DNA of 64,000 nucleotides. It comes from Amphiscolops sp. MND2022. Its lineage: Eukaryota. Location: NCBI GenBank assembly GCA_964187785.1, contig OZ076421.1, positions 48,980,001 to 49,044,000 of the forward strand. The letters run 5' to 3'. The position numbers and the translations under genes are program-made. Below are positions 47,688 through 60,242 of the stretch, piece by piece; position 1 is the first letter of the stretch, and every line of letters starts with the position of its first letter. The notes beneath the pieces were generated by a model. It was not told the origin of the DNA and searched no databases. It was given only the letters and a program-made list of their open reading frames with translations.

Positions 47688-49603
47688 ATTTTTGAGAGAA
47701 ATTTTGAAATACACCCCGAAGTTTATAAGTACTCACACTCGGCGTACAGTCAGTCAAGTTTTCTTTTTTTACGGTGATTCAGTAATCAAATCTTGTGAAG
47801 GGACCCAGCAAGGAGATATGAGTCTCCAGCTTTATTTTCGGAGTCCATTCAGGATCTGATTGACAGTTTGGAGTCGAAAATAAACTTATGGTACCTTGAC
47901 GATGGAAATTTAGGTGATTACAGAACCGTTTTGAAAGATCTCAAAAAAAATGTTGAAGCGAAAAAAACGCTGGGACTCAAAATTAAACTCACGGAATTCG
48001 AATTTTTTTCCTTGGTGACACTATTGAAAAACGACGATCGACAATTTTAGCAACTTTCCGAAAACTTTGCCCCGGGATGAAAACACCACAAAAAGAACTT
48101 ATCATTCTTGGTTCACCGCTCGGCCCGAAATCACAAGCAGACTTATTGGAAAAGAAAATGTATGAACTGGAAAAAGTTAGTGGAATTGTTGAAAAACTAG
48201 ATGCGCACTGTGGTTTTTGTGTTGAAAAATTGCTTCAGTCTGCCAAAGTTGTACTTCCTTAGAACCAGTACATGTTTTAATCATCCAGCTCTTTTGGAAA
48301 AATATGACAAAACCGTACGCGACGGGCTTTCCAAAATGTGTAACGTGAACTTCGACGATATTTCGAGGACTCAGCTGGCTCTGCCCGCTGAGATGGGTGG
48401 TCTTGGGGTTTCATCTGCATCATTATCAGCACTTCCCGCCTTTCTGGCCTCAGCTTTTTGTGCGAGTGACTTTCTCACGACGATTTTCTCGGAAACATTC
48501 GAAGACGTTTCGTTTACAAAAGCGCTTGAGAAATAGTTGAGTTTGACGAATGAACAGGAAACTCTCGATAGAACTCAGAAAAATTGGACACAACCTGGCT
48601 ACGGCAAAACAACCCAAGATTTGATTTCTAGAATGGATCACAAACGTTCGAAAGTTTTTAACGCCCATCAAGGCAAGTTCGGGTCTCAATGGCTCAACGT
48701 CGTTCCTTGCAAGAACCTGGGCCTGAAACTTGATGATCAGCAGCTTCGGATTCCAATTGGTTTGCGTCTCAGAGCCATCTGTGTTGCGCATACGTGTCAC
48801 TGTGGTAAAAAAGTTGAACGGAACGGTTTACACGGTCTTTCTTGCACCAAGAGTGCGGGTCGCTTCTCACGTCATGCTACTCTCAATTCTCTCATAAAGC
48901 AGACGTTGGGATCTCTCGACTTGCCTTCAGTGCTCGAACCGCGTGGACTGTACCGAACTGATGGCAAACGCCAAAACAGTGTTACCATGATTCCTGGGGA
49001 AATGGGTAAACAGCTGGTGTGGGATGTCACGGTTGCGGATGCTTTTGCACCCAGCCGTCTGAATCAAGGCTCTTTATGCAACCCGGGAACCACTGCCACC
49101 GAGGCTGAAGCGCGTAAAATTGAGAAGTATCGCGAATTAATAGACAATGGATACATTTTTCAGCCCGTGGCCTTGGAAGTACAGGGCTCTTTAGGCGAGA
49201 GGAGTGAAATTTTCATCACGCGTCTCTGTAAAATGCTGTGTCGTTCGCACGACGATCAACGAGCTGGCAGCTTTTTGAAGCAACGGATTTCAATGGCTCT
49301 TCAGATCGGCAATGCGGCCTGTGTTCTAGGAACTGTGAGCGACAGAGATGCGTTCGAAGAAATTTGTTACATAGCCTAATTTTTTTTGACCTTTTCATCA
49401 TAGCAGCTTTAGAAAAAATAGTGGCTGGTTTGAGTAGTTTGTTGGTTGGTTTTTTTGTTACTGGTCTACTGGTATGGGGTTCCCTACTTTCGTTGCAGAC
49501 CACGGGTGTGTGTCTTCTCCCCCCCAACATGATGATACACATGGCACTTGATTGATGACGAAGATCCATGATATCTGATAGAGGAAAAGTACAAAAAGAA
49601 AAA
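47688..49603 (+). mobile_element. CRE family D copy 3 (RT domain C-half plus Zn finger and RLE), 5'-truncated
   Basis: EGTQQGD; LWYLDDGNL; ORF 48537-49379 with CHCG..LHGLSC, RH..LN, WDVTV, EAEARKIEKY..FQPVALEVQG. A-rich tail. Candidate 13-bp TSD AATTTTTGATTAA at 47675-47687 and 49604-49616. Confidence 0.92.
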
Positions 49604-50177
49604 AATTTTTGATTAACAACTAGATTTCGGAAACCCGAGGTGCATGATTTGGTCGCCCGTGGGCTCTCAATCCGGAGGCTCTCAATATTTAGATGATGAG
49701 TAACATGATTGCGATACTTTTTTTACAACCGAGCGTTTACTTTGCGATTTGGTGCTTTATTTCTAAAATTAGTCCTCCACTTGCCGAGGTTTCGAAATTT
49801 CAAATTTAGTTAAGTTAAGCAAAGTTAGCTTTATAGGACCGTTATTGACCCTGCAAGGAGGCTCTGCAGCTTGCACCATCCACATCTTTTTACTGACAAG
49901 CCCCGTTCAACGCGGGCCACTTATTTAATCTATCGCCCTTTTTAGTTTCGATGCTCACGGTCCATTCAAAAATGATGTTCCATAATTGACCGATAATGGA
50001 CTTGAATTAGTTGAGTGGGAAAATTTCACGGTGTCTGTTTCTAATTGGCAATACCCCAGTAATTGCAGTGATGTTTTGATTTACTTTGTTTCGATTGTTT
50101 AATCATGATGTTTGGAATGAAATCACCACGAAGAAAGACAATATACGCACCTTTTGGCTCTTCTGTGCCCGTATCAG

Positions 50178-50282
50178 ATTTCTTTGCGTTTCAGGCAGTT
50201 CAGAGGACGTTGCGATAGCGAAACTGTCGGAGAACAATTACAGCCTCCGTTCAGCCCTCAATGCATTCATGACCAATAGCAG
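50178..50282 (+). CDS. UBXN7: UBXN7-like exon: N-terminal UBA-like domain (boundaries tentative)
   Basis: FLCVSGSSEDVAIAKLSENNYSLRSALNAFM fits the UBXN7 UBA pattern (F..ITG.S..VG...L...NNL..AV..F). Acceptor GTATCAG at 50177 (alternative at 50194). The frame-compatible donor is GC. The start codon exon was not found. Confidence 0.65.
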
Positions 50283-50914
50283 GCATTGTCATAGCTGATT
50301 AAATCTTCGTTTTACCGACCTTTTCAAGTCTTTAACTCTCGCAAAAAGAACTCGAGCAAGAGTTCAGAGTAAATGATGCAGTAATTAATAAATTCTCCTC
50401 CACTTGTCAAGATTTTTGTTTTTTTTTTAAATATCTGTTGACACTGTAACGAGGCTTTACAACTCGCAGCATGTTTTTGCTTATATTGTTTCCACGTGAA
50501 AGATTCTTGCAGAATCTTCTTGTATCACAATCATTGAACATTTCTTCGGAAGCCGTTTTTACACAGATTTTTTCTTACATGCAGCCGGGAAAGACTTCTA
50601 TTGATATAACGCGAACGAGTGTTACTAATTAATCGTTCGTTTTCGGGTTAACCCCCCTTAAATAATGCAAAAGGTCCTTAAACCACATATTAGTAATATT
50701 TTCACTAGCCTGTGTTAAAACTGTTTATAACTCTTTCACAAAATTCAAAAATGCAAATTGGTTCCAAAAATTAGTTTTCAACTAAAATATATAAATGGGA
50801 CATTTGCATTGATTTTATCCTCAAAACTTCTGTGGAAAGGACAGATTTACTTTATGAAGTTTATTTGCATTGTTTGCTGTTTCAATTTTCTGGTTTTCAA
50901 CCGAAGTATTTCTG

Positions 50915-51250
50915 AACAAGCCGGGAACGGCAGTAGTCGTCGCCATATCTAAGTCTCAAAAATAGCGAAAGCACTTCAAAGTGCCGAGGATTTTCTTTTG
51001 AGAGTACCCGAAAAACTCCGAAGTTGGACTGAATTGGCGCGCTAAAAGGGGAACACTTTCGGATTTTTTTTCAACAAACTTTTCGAAAAGTCTCACAATG
51101 CCGAAAAAACTGAATAGGGGACTGAACCCTGTGTGATTTATCAACATCCATTCTGTCGCAAAACATCAAAAAATTGAAAGGGGACCCTTTGGAGAAAAAA
51201 ATTGAAAAAAGTCACAATGCTGAAAAAAAACCAAAAGGGGGACCTTCCGT
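50915..51250 (-). mobile_element. Family R element, 3' part (intronic)
   Basis: AACAAGCCGGGAACGGC...CATATCTAAG terminus as at 58591, followed by GGGGACC minisatellite units. Confidence 0.75.
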
Positions 51251-51483
51251 TTTGACAAGCAATCAATTGTCTAGAAGCATTTTGCAAAAGCATTTTGTCG
51301 TTTGCAAAAGCATTTTGCCTCTAGTTTCACCCCAATTCTTCTGTAGACCTTGAATTAGTTCATTCCTTGCCGATATGCAGAAGTTTAGTATTGTTCAAAG
51401 CTTTCTACAAGTAGTTTTCAGAGGACTATCATTGATTTTCATTCGCTTTGATTGTGACAATGTCTGTCTAATCTATCCAACAG

Positions 51484-51645
51484 TTCACCGAATCCATCGT
51501 CACCTGAATCATCTCTCAGCCAATCAAATTCCTCGCCTTCTTTCGTCACTCATTCGAGCAGTTCTTCGCTTTCCGGCTTTTCTCCTGCACAGAGTCGTCA
51601 AAATGAAGCTACAACAGCAAGCGGCAGTTTTTTCCAGTCTTCAAG
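51484..51645 (+). CDS. UBXN7: Probable UBXN7 exon, Ser-rich linker
   Basis: CTAAT..CCAACAG acceptor, 162-nt open frame (SPNPSSPESSLSQ...FFQSS), AG|GTTAGG donor. Phase 2-2 fits both neighbours. No homology evidence. Confidence 0.5.
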
Positions 51646-52036
51646 GTTAGGGAAATTGGCGTTGACAATGAATGTCTTCAATAATCAGCAATACCACGAG
51701 GCAAGTTGAGAAAGGAAGTTGAAAGTTCGGCACTTCCGGTCTGGAGGATTTCAATGAGTCAGAAACAAACTACAATTGATGATTTATTCCGATCCAATAA
51801 ATGACAATTTGTTTGGAAGAAAATAGTGAATTAAGGATCAGTTTAAAATACAATAAAAGGCGGTATAATCCATTGAACCAAAGAGAAATACTATTTGTTA
51901 ACCGTGTATGTGGGAGACATTTACCTAGCTGTCGTAATTTCTTCCGCCTAATTCAGAGTCAATGAGCTTTCCCTACCGCTGCGATTGTGATCAACAGTGT
52001 TTCTACCCCTTTTGGGCAATTTTACCAGTACGAGTA

Positions 52037-55000
52037 TGTTAAAACTGTAGTTCTCGGTAACTAAAGTTCGCACAGGAAAACAGCAAAAAAAGAACGGATT
52101 TATTGAACTGTCAAAGTGGGTTCACCCACTCCCCAGTTTTCAAACCAAATCATAAGGAAAACGTGAAACAAATTCACAAACTGACGTTATTAAAGTAACG
52201 TGAACAGATGACTTTTTTGAACTGAATGGCAAGGCCTTTCTCAAGGTTATATAGAACGTTCATTAACAAAAAGTAGAGTTCTGGACATGCAAATATTTTT
52301 CCCAAACCATTACTATTTGCTAATAAACTAATTGCTAATTGCACAGCAACATTCTCCGGGCCCAAGAAGGTGAGAAATGTTTGGTTAATAATTTCTCATT
52401 TTTTTATTGTTTTGTCTCTTCATTTTCCCAACTTTTTTTCTCATGTTTTACATAATCGGTTTGGAACGAAAATAAATGCTACATGTTTTAAAGATAGATG
52501 TGGTTTAACGGTTAAATACAAATGGTGCGGATGACAATAAATCAGGTAAATCGGGGAAAAGAAGGACTTGGGCTAGTTTAACGACTGGACGGACGAGGAT
52601 TCCGGACGTGGTTTCATCTTCGACAGAACGGGCGACTGCATCGCTGCCAAAGTTGAGTTTGACGACACGCGCCAGAGGGTAGTAGCCTCTCGGGCTGCTG
52701 GGTTCTACGATTCAAACAAGGTATCCGGTTTTCAATTGCTTGTCCGACTGCGTGGACCACTTTGAGCGACGATTCAGAGTCGGCACGTATTCTTTCAGCC
52801 ACCTGTTCCAGATTGTGTCGGAATAGGCTTGTGCGCGTGCATATCGCTTGCGGTGGTCGAAATCAGTTTGAATGGGACGGTAGAGACGTGCCAGTTGTTT
52901 CAAGCAAGAAGTGTTTGGCGTCAACGCATCCAAGTCGATTGGATCTGTGCTTGCTGGAACCAGCGGACGAGCGTTGCGGCTCTGCTTCACAAGACAAAAC
53001 ACAGTTATTAGAATTTCGTCAGTCAATCGTCTGTTGCCGGGTATCGCATAGAAAGTGTGCTTGAAAGTTCTCACTAGCCATTCCCAGACACCGCCATGGT
53101 GTGGGGCACTAGGAGAATTAAACTTCCAGTTGACACCTTTCTTTACCATACACTTTGCAATTGACTGTTGATTTCACTTGATGACATTTTGTTCTTCTGT
53201 TCTTTCTCTGATGCAACAAAATTGGTTCCATTGTCTGACCAGATAACGGAGGGGATGCCCCGACGGCAAACAAATATGTCAATTCCCATGACGCAACTGC
53301 TGCCATCCCTTGATGGCACAGCTTCGAAATGGAAAGCGCGGGTTTTAAGACATGTGAAGAGGAACCCCCACCGCTTCTCTGTGGAGCGTTTAACAGAGAC
53401 GTAGAAGGTGCCAAAGTAGTCCAAACCAGTGTTTGTGAATGGTCGGGATGCAAAAGCCAGGCGTTCTTTTGGCAGATCGGCCATTATCGGGGTCAGCGTC
53501 TCCGCTTTGCGTTTGCGACATCTTACGCATCTAGTTTGGATTGTCGTTATTGTTGTTCTCAGTTTGACAATGGCGAACCTTTGCTGTATCGAGGCTCAAG
53601 TATTCTACGCCTTGGTGGCAGTGTTTATCATGTAGATGTTCCAGGAATAATTGAACTACGGGGTGTCGGCTGTCAAGCAAGATGGGATGTTTGACGTCGA
53701 AGTTAGCAACTTCGAGATGTTTTGTTCGACCTTGAGAACAGAGAAGGACGTTTGGACCGATGAAGGGGGAGAAATCTTTTATAATTGAAGGTTTGCTCAA
53801 TGGGCAAGACTTGAGTAGCTTTTTCGTTTCGTTTGGGAACGATTCGGACTTCACCAAGAAGCACAATTTCTGCTCAGCAATTTCAAGCTCGACAGGATCA
53901 GTAATTGCTTCTGTTTCAGTTCTGTTACCAGAGAATTTCGGTGAAATACGCAAAATGTAAACCACGATGCGCAAAAGTTTCTCGTACGAACTGTACTTTC
54001 GCCACTCGAGAGTTAAGACATTGGAAGCTACACTTGCGGTATTTGTTGTTGTCTCTTGGTATACTGTCTTGGTGATGGCTTCATTGGAATCAAAGTTCTT
54101 CAATTTAGTTCTCAAGATCTCTTGCGGCGGCTGAAAGGCTAATCAGGAGTCATCAAGAACTTGGGACCTTTGAGCCAAAAACTCTAAAAGGGCGTTCGCA
54201 GACAGACTGCGGGTACCCGCGTCTGCCGGGTTGTCGGCTGTTGGCACGTGGTTCCATTAATCAACTGTCACCAACTCAATAATTTCGGCAACTCTGTTGG
54301 CGACAAATACGGGTCCTCTTGTCGATGAAATGGAGCCATTGAAGAACAGTTGTACCATCGGTCCACATGAAGGTTCTCTCAACTTGTAATGTGAGTGCTT
54401 GTTGAATTTCGTTTTTCAGTCGTGCTGCTAAGAGCGCGGCTTAGAATTCCGATTTCGAGATTGTAAGCGCTTTCATCGGAGTAACACAAGCTTTTCCAAA
54501 GACAAAGGCTAACTGGGTTTCAGTCCTTTCGTTGCTTCTCTCTCGCCGTGAGGAAAGCAACAGCGAAAAAGACGTCTTGAGAGCTGCCTCGGAATACGTG
54601 TAACTCGACGCGAAAATAGCATCTCGGAATTATTTCACTCAAATTGGGAAGCTCTGCGGCCCATTCAGGTAACTTTTTGCTAACGCCGTCAGGCAGATTG
54701 TTGTCCCATTGTTGCCCCCTCAGACGCCAAATGTCTTTCAACAAAAGGCGGGTTGTTACAGTGTACGGCGCGACAAGACCAATGGGATCACACACTGTGG
54801 ACACTAATCTAAGGACAAACAACACGGTGGGTTGTTGGTCGGTTCAAGTTAGGTGTTGTTCCTCTGCTGACAACCAAAGTGTCACGACTTTGATTCCATT
54901 CAGACCCAATACGTGAGAAATCTCTTCGTCTGCTGCTAAGACTTTCTCAGTCGATTCGGTGGGTTGAGAATTCGGGTCGACGCTGTTGATCTTTGGGATT

Positions 55001-55819
55001 CACAGTCTCAATTGCGTGGTGCAAAGAACTTGCGTTTCTTTGTTTCAATTTTTTACTTCCATTTCACAGGATGATTGAGTTTTATGCGTGATAAATGGTT
55101 ATTCCAAAATTTTCTAATGTCGTTTTTTTAGGTCTTGCTACCCAAAATTGATGCGCACATTTGAAACTACAGACATAAATAAACTTCCACCAACTATATT
55201 TTTTTCAAAGGCCTTGCTATTGAACATGCAATGAACTCTCAAATGACTTTACAAAAATTTAAAACAGTTCAAGTTTCTTTCAATATTTCCAACATAACCA
55301 GTTTTTCAGGTTGAGCGGAAGATGTTTTCTAGATGAAGCTGGCCATGAAACAACATAAATCGATTTTATGCAGCTGTAGCTTTTCTGCTCTCCATTCGAA
55401 AATTTGTTGATCGATTAATTGATCCAGGCTCTAGTTGGAAGATGATGACTCAGCAGTAGATGGGTGTTGTGTTTGGGGAATACCGGCCTCTCAATGGTCA
55501 CCATATTAAAACTGTAGTTCTCGGTAACTAAAGTTCGTACAGGAAAACAGTAAAAAAAGAACGGATTTATTCAACTGTCAAAGTGTGTTCACTCAATCCC
55601 GCAGTTTTCAATCCTAATCATAAACAAAACGTGAAACAAATCCACAAACTGACGTGAATAAAGTGACAATAACAGATGACTTTTTTGAACTGAATAGCAA
55701 GGCCTTTGTCAAGGTTATTCAGAACGTTCATTAACAAAAAATAGATGTTTTGGACATGCAAATGTTTTCCCAAACGATTACTATTTGCTAATAAACTAAA
55801 TGCTATCTGCACAGCAACA
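52037..55819 (-). mobile_element. Bel/Pao LTR retrotransposon, internally deleted, antisense in a UBXN7 intron
   Basis: LTRs at 52037-52351 and 55504-55819. 5-bp TSD GAGTA at 52032-52036 and 55820-55824. Minus-strand PBS TGGTGACC and PPT-like GGGCCCGGAGAA. Pao RNase H (ELHVF; NPAD), integrase (GLDYFG, WSDNGTNF, APHHGGVWE) and C-terminal PLARV motifs. Confidence 0.95.
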
Positions 55820-57679
55820 GAGTACATCTGGCCCTATGCTTTCTTGCAGTCCTGGAATAACTTTCTCAGTAATTGAGTTAATAGCTGCTATTTGGGAATC
55901 CAGTCCAATTTTGATCTCTTCTAGTTTTCGAGTCATTTGGGTACTTAATTCCTCATATTAATAATTCTAACGGTTTCTACCGTTATGTCACTCTTTCCTC
56001 TACTATTGCCATTGAGGAGAGATCTAAAATCTAAGGTGTTAGTAGTCCTGCTGACGCTGAGTCAGCTTCATCATGTTCATTTTCAGGCTCATTTATCGAG
56101 TCGTTTTCAGGAAAATTTCCCTAGCGTTATATCCAATTGTTCAATATCTGACATCACGTCACAATGAATGCCTTGAACGTTTCTCTAGCCTTTTGCTTTC
56201 AAGTTGAAGGCATAGCAAAAAAATTGTGGACGTTAAGACTAAATTGATAACGGTACAAATGACAGAGTTTGTGAATTCAATATTGATTGTAGTCGTTTTA
56301 TCATCAATGGCCTTCGTATTCGAGTGCATGATTTATATACTGAAATGCGTATGACACCCATAAATTTGAGTTTCATCGTTCAAAAATAGGTAACGTTATG
56401 TCATCATAAATATAAATAACTACAGTGTATGACGCTGAAAATTTAATAAACGTCATTCAAAATTTCCACCGCTCGGCAGCAGCTTGTTTGTGATTGGTTA
56501 ATTAAATAAAATAGACAATCAACTTTTCACAAATAGCCATTCAAGATTATAGTAAGAATGAAAATGCTGCTTCGCATAGCGGTGCTAACTTTCAATCTTA
56601 ATTACACGCTGCATGCGAGCAGTGTCTGCGGATGGATTACTAAAATTCAATGTCGATTTTGGCATTTTGATTGTCTATTTAGAAAATTCAATCTTTCACC
56701 TGATTGGTTCTTAAATTTTGATTGTCGTTTAATAAATTTTCAGCGTCAAACACTGTAAGTATCTTTACGTCACCTTATTAGCCCCTATGTTGTTCTAAAA
56801 CTAGTAACTATAACGGTCAAATTATAAAATACATGAGATTTATTGAATAAATACAAGACTCGGATCTTGCATGTTCTAAATTGGAAGCAGCTACAAACAC
56901 GTTAGCACGTGGGAAGTGGACTATAGCAACAATAATAGCAACACTGTGATTGGTCAATTAATTGAATTGAACCGCGCGTCAACCAGACTATAGCGTTGCA
57001 CCAGTCGAACTTGTTTTCTTTACCGTGTTTGTACTGCATTTGCCTAATTACAGTTCCTTTTTTTCAACATATGAAAAACATCGAATACGGGAATCATGAA
57101 TTTTCCCGAATTATTGTAGGAATCGAAATCGCTCGCCTTAATCATTTTCAGGGTCCGTTTACTTGTTAGTGCTTTCTGAAAAACAAAGATGCACTGTTAC
57201 GATGACTTTCAATTGTATTTTGACAGTGATAGTTGACTGTTACTAACGTGTAACTCTAGTTGGGAGATAAATAAGTAACATGGAGTTTCAAAGAGCTCAT
57301 GTTTGTCAACAAAGGGGTTTTTTTGATCGTGTTTCAGTTCTACTTTTACTTCAAGTTTGTTCTAAAATTAGAATTTAATTCAGTTTCTGTTTTAAAAAAC
57401 TAGACTTCTTCACACTCTGGGTTTTACAACAATAAGAATCGGAATTTTTTGAAAGTTATTTTGAAACTCCATTTATACTCAGAGTGAAAAATTTGGGCGA
57501 TCTTTTATTTGCCGCTAATTTGAATCCCTATTAAAATAATCGCTGAGAAAATCTGCGCTGCCGCTAATTTGCTGAACTTGAAAATTAAACCCTTTTTTTC
57601 TGCAGAAGTGGAACACAAAGCCAAGCCGCGGTTCTTTCTCGAAAAAAATACTCGGGGCCCTCTTTTTAGGGTTAGCAAA

Positions 57680-57890
57680 AAATTTCACTTATGCACTCGT
57701 ACCTCGTTTTTTTTTCACCCGAGTTTTCAATGACAATTTCTCAAAATATATACTATTTTTTTATAAAATTTGGCACAGTCATTCTAAAATTTGGCACCCA
57801 AAGTTGCTCCTGTGTGTACAATGACATCAAAATCGTATGATTGGGATCTGAGAAATATAGCCAAATTTAGTCCAAAAATTACCAAATGAA
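57680..57890 (-). repeat. Old, diverged relic of family S (last monomer plus terminal module)
   Basis: Minus strand: GGACTAAATTTGGCTATATTTCTCAGATCCCAATCATACGATTTTGATGTCATTG...GACTGTGCCAAATTT...ACGAGTGCATAAGT, matching 9480-9670. Confidence 0.75.
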
Positions 57891-57963
57891 CAATCATGTA
57901 CTTTGTTTTTCAGTATTTAACTTGTTTCCGACTCCTTTATGGCACATGCGGCTTTGGTTTCAG

Positions 57964-58204
57964 GTTGTTCACAAGGGCGTCCTCAAATGTTGACAGAAGA
58001 TCCTTCGGTGGTGCTTCCTCTACTACTGCATCAAATTCTTCCTCAGGTGCTGTTTCCATTCCCCCCTCAAGTGGCAATAACGACCCCAGATCCACAATGA
58101 CGTCATCTGCTTCGTCCTCGTCTCTGACCAGTAGAAGAGAAAGACTCCTTGATTCCATATTCAGACCTCCCTACGATATTATGTTCCCCGGCGATTTCTT
58201 CTCG
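57964..58204 (+). CDS. UBXN7: UBXN7 exon, linker into the UAS domain
   Basis: TTTCAG acceptor; ...RERLLDSIFRPPYDIMFPGDFFS matches the UBXN7 motif L..LFRPP.D.M..G.F; donor GTAGGC at phase 0. Confidence 0.85.
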
Positions 58205-58590
58205 GTAGGCCAATATTTTATTGGTAGAACATCTAGTTTCCAGATAAATAATCGTAACAAAAATTGAAAATGGGAATAAAAATTGAATTCCTTTTAACAA
58301 CGGGCTCCTTTCATATTTGTCCCGACATGAAAAATGGGTTTCAGTACGCAAGGTCTTTTTTATAATGAGTAAAACGAAAATAAGTGATTTTATACGGTGA
58401 TACAAAATGGCGGAAAAAACTTACTCAGAACGGCTTAATAGAGCATTTTAGTGAGATTTGCCGGAGCAACCATTCTGTGCTTATGGCGGAATGTGCCATG
58501 TAAACCAGGATAAAATGGCTTCAAATGAGTAAATCGTTTTTAATTTGTGAACCTTTTCGGAATTTTCAAACCAACATCAGAGTAACCCTA

Positions 58591-59140
58591 AACAAGCCGG
58601 GAACGGCACAAGTCGGCGCCATATCTAAGGCTCAAAAATAACAAAAGGACTTCAAAGTGTTAAGTATTCTCTTTTTTACAGTACTCGAAAAACCCAAAAG
58701 TTGGACCAAATTGGCGCGCTAAAAGGGGGACCGTCTCGGATTTTTCAACATTTCTGTCTCAAAACATCAACAAAATTGAAGGGCACCCTTTGAAGCCATT
58801 AAAAATTTTTCGAAAAAAAGTTTCACAATGCCGAAAAAACTGGAGGTGGAGACTCTGGGATTTTTCATTATTCATTCTATCGCAAGAAATTAAAAAATTG
58901 AAGAGGGACGCTTTGGTGGAAAAATTTTTCGACAAAGTCCCACAATGGCGAAAAAAAACGAAGGGGACCCTTTAGTATCGTTCGGTGATATATGTTGCGC
59001 TGAAAAAAAAGAACAACCTTTTTGGTCAAGTTCCATGGGCCAAATGGTTCATTTTGACACCATAAAATTTCGTAGAACTTTTGAGAACTATATTGGTCAG
59101 TTCGTGTAGATTGAAAAAAGTCACTAGTTAGTCGCGTTCG
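58591..59140 (-). mobile_element. Family R element (intronic), nearly complete
   Basis: Hairpin GCCG-TTCC-CGGC, AGTCGGCGCC at 58611-58620, minisatellite core. 59040-59140 matches 24320-24420. Confidence 0.8.
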
Positions 59141-59435
59141 TTCAGTTTTTTGAGACCGGGAAAACGCGGTTAAAAATTAACGATCTTCTCAAGAAACTCG
59201 TGAAAGGAAAAGAATTGAATCTAAATGACATCCATCGTTCAGAAACCTGCTGTGAGTTTTTTGAAACCTACCTTCATGGGAATATATGGGAGTTGAATGA
59301 TGAAAGTTTATTGTAGGTAGTCATTCGTATAGCGGAAAGAGGTTTAAGGAAAACGCATAGAAAGCCGATCTCAAATCTGGTTGGACGGTAAAAAGGCAAA
59401 CTACCACCTTGACTTTCATTTACTCCGACCGATTA

Positions 59436-59686
59436 CATAATACACGTAGTTTCATTATTCAAAGCTCACTGTCAAACGGAGAGACCAATCACAATTGAGA
59501 ATTCGCTTCGGTTCTGCTATTAATCTATTCTGCTAATAACAGTTCGGCTATAGAACCTACCGCCGGTGATGGGGAGTCTAGCCGCTCGATAAAAATTCAA
59601 ACAATTTCTAACAGAACCGAATTGAATTCTCAATTGTGATTGGTCGCTCCGTTCGACAGTGAGCTTTGAATGATGAAACTATTATG
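59436..59686. mobile_element. MITE with ~70-bp TIRs and TA flanks
   Basis: AGTTTCATTATTCAAAGCTCACTGTCAAACGGAGAGACCAATCACAATTGAGAATTC and its near-perfect inverse. TA at 59434-59435 and 59687-59688. Confidence 0.8.
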
Positions 59687-59874
59687 TAACTTTGCAACCG
59701 ACTAGAGTCAATGAAAATCAATGCATTCCAATTCTTCTATATTACCATTCGGTCGGAGGCTATTCATTGAGTCGAAATTAAACAAAAGTATTCAGAGCGT
59801 CGAAATTAAAGTTAGCTATTGATCGCGTCGAAATAATCCATATATGATATATCAGCGATTTTTTTCAGATTATT

Positions 59875-60030
59875 ATTTGAAGAGGTTAGCATATTTGTTG
59901 TATGGCTCTGTCGCTTCGCTCCCTTCGCCAAGTAGCAACATTGAGGCATGGCCACATGGCACGTCGCTCCGCTTCGCTTCGCTCCTGCATTTAGGGCACT
60001 AGGAGTATGTGAACATAGCTGACTACGTTA
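59875..60030 (+). repeat. Family H1 copy (intronic, uninterrupted)
   Basis: Matches 3270-3413 (reverse complement) and 43628-44330. Ends GGGCACTAG..CTGACTACGTTAT. Confidence 0.85.
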
Positions 60031-60242
60031 TCGTAATTAGTTCGATGCTGTGTAGCACGCAAATTGAACAATTTTAATTCTTCCCTATTTCAATTTTCAA
60101 CCAATCAGAAGCGTTCAATAATTATTTTTCGGCGCGATGAATACTTTTGTTTAATTTCGACGCTTTGGGAATCCGCCCATTCGGTCATATTATCGAGCGG
60201 CAAAAGTCTCGGCTACCCGTGCACTCAATTGTTTGTTTGTAG

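Noticed and set aside
49376-49555. Hydrophobic, membrane-protein-like ORF in the CRE 3' region
   Set aside because: T-rich UTR sequence gives F/L/V bias, there is no proper start, and copy 1 does not preserve it.
50086-50177. TTG-initiated N-terminus of UBXN7 (and MYFVFQYLTC... at 57896-57963)
   Set aside because: These are intronic read-through in the ORF track, with no in-frame ATG or homology and with splice acceptors downstream.
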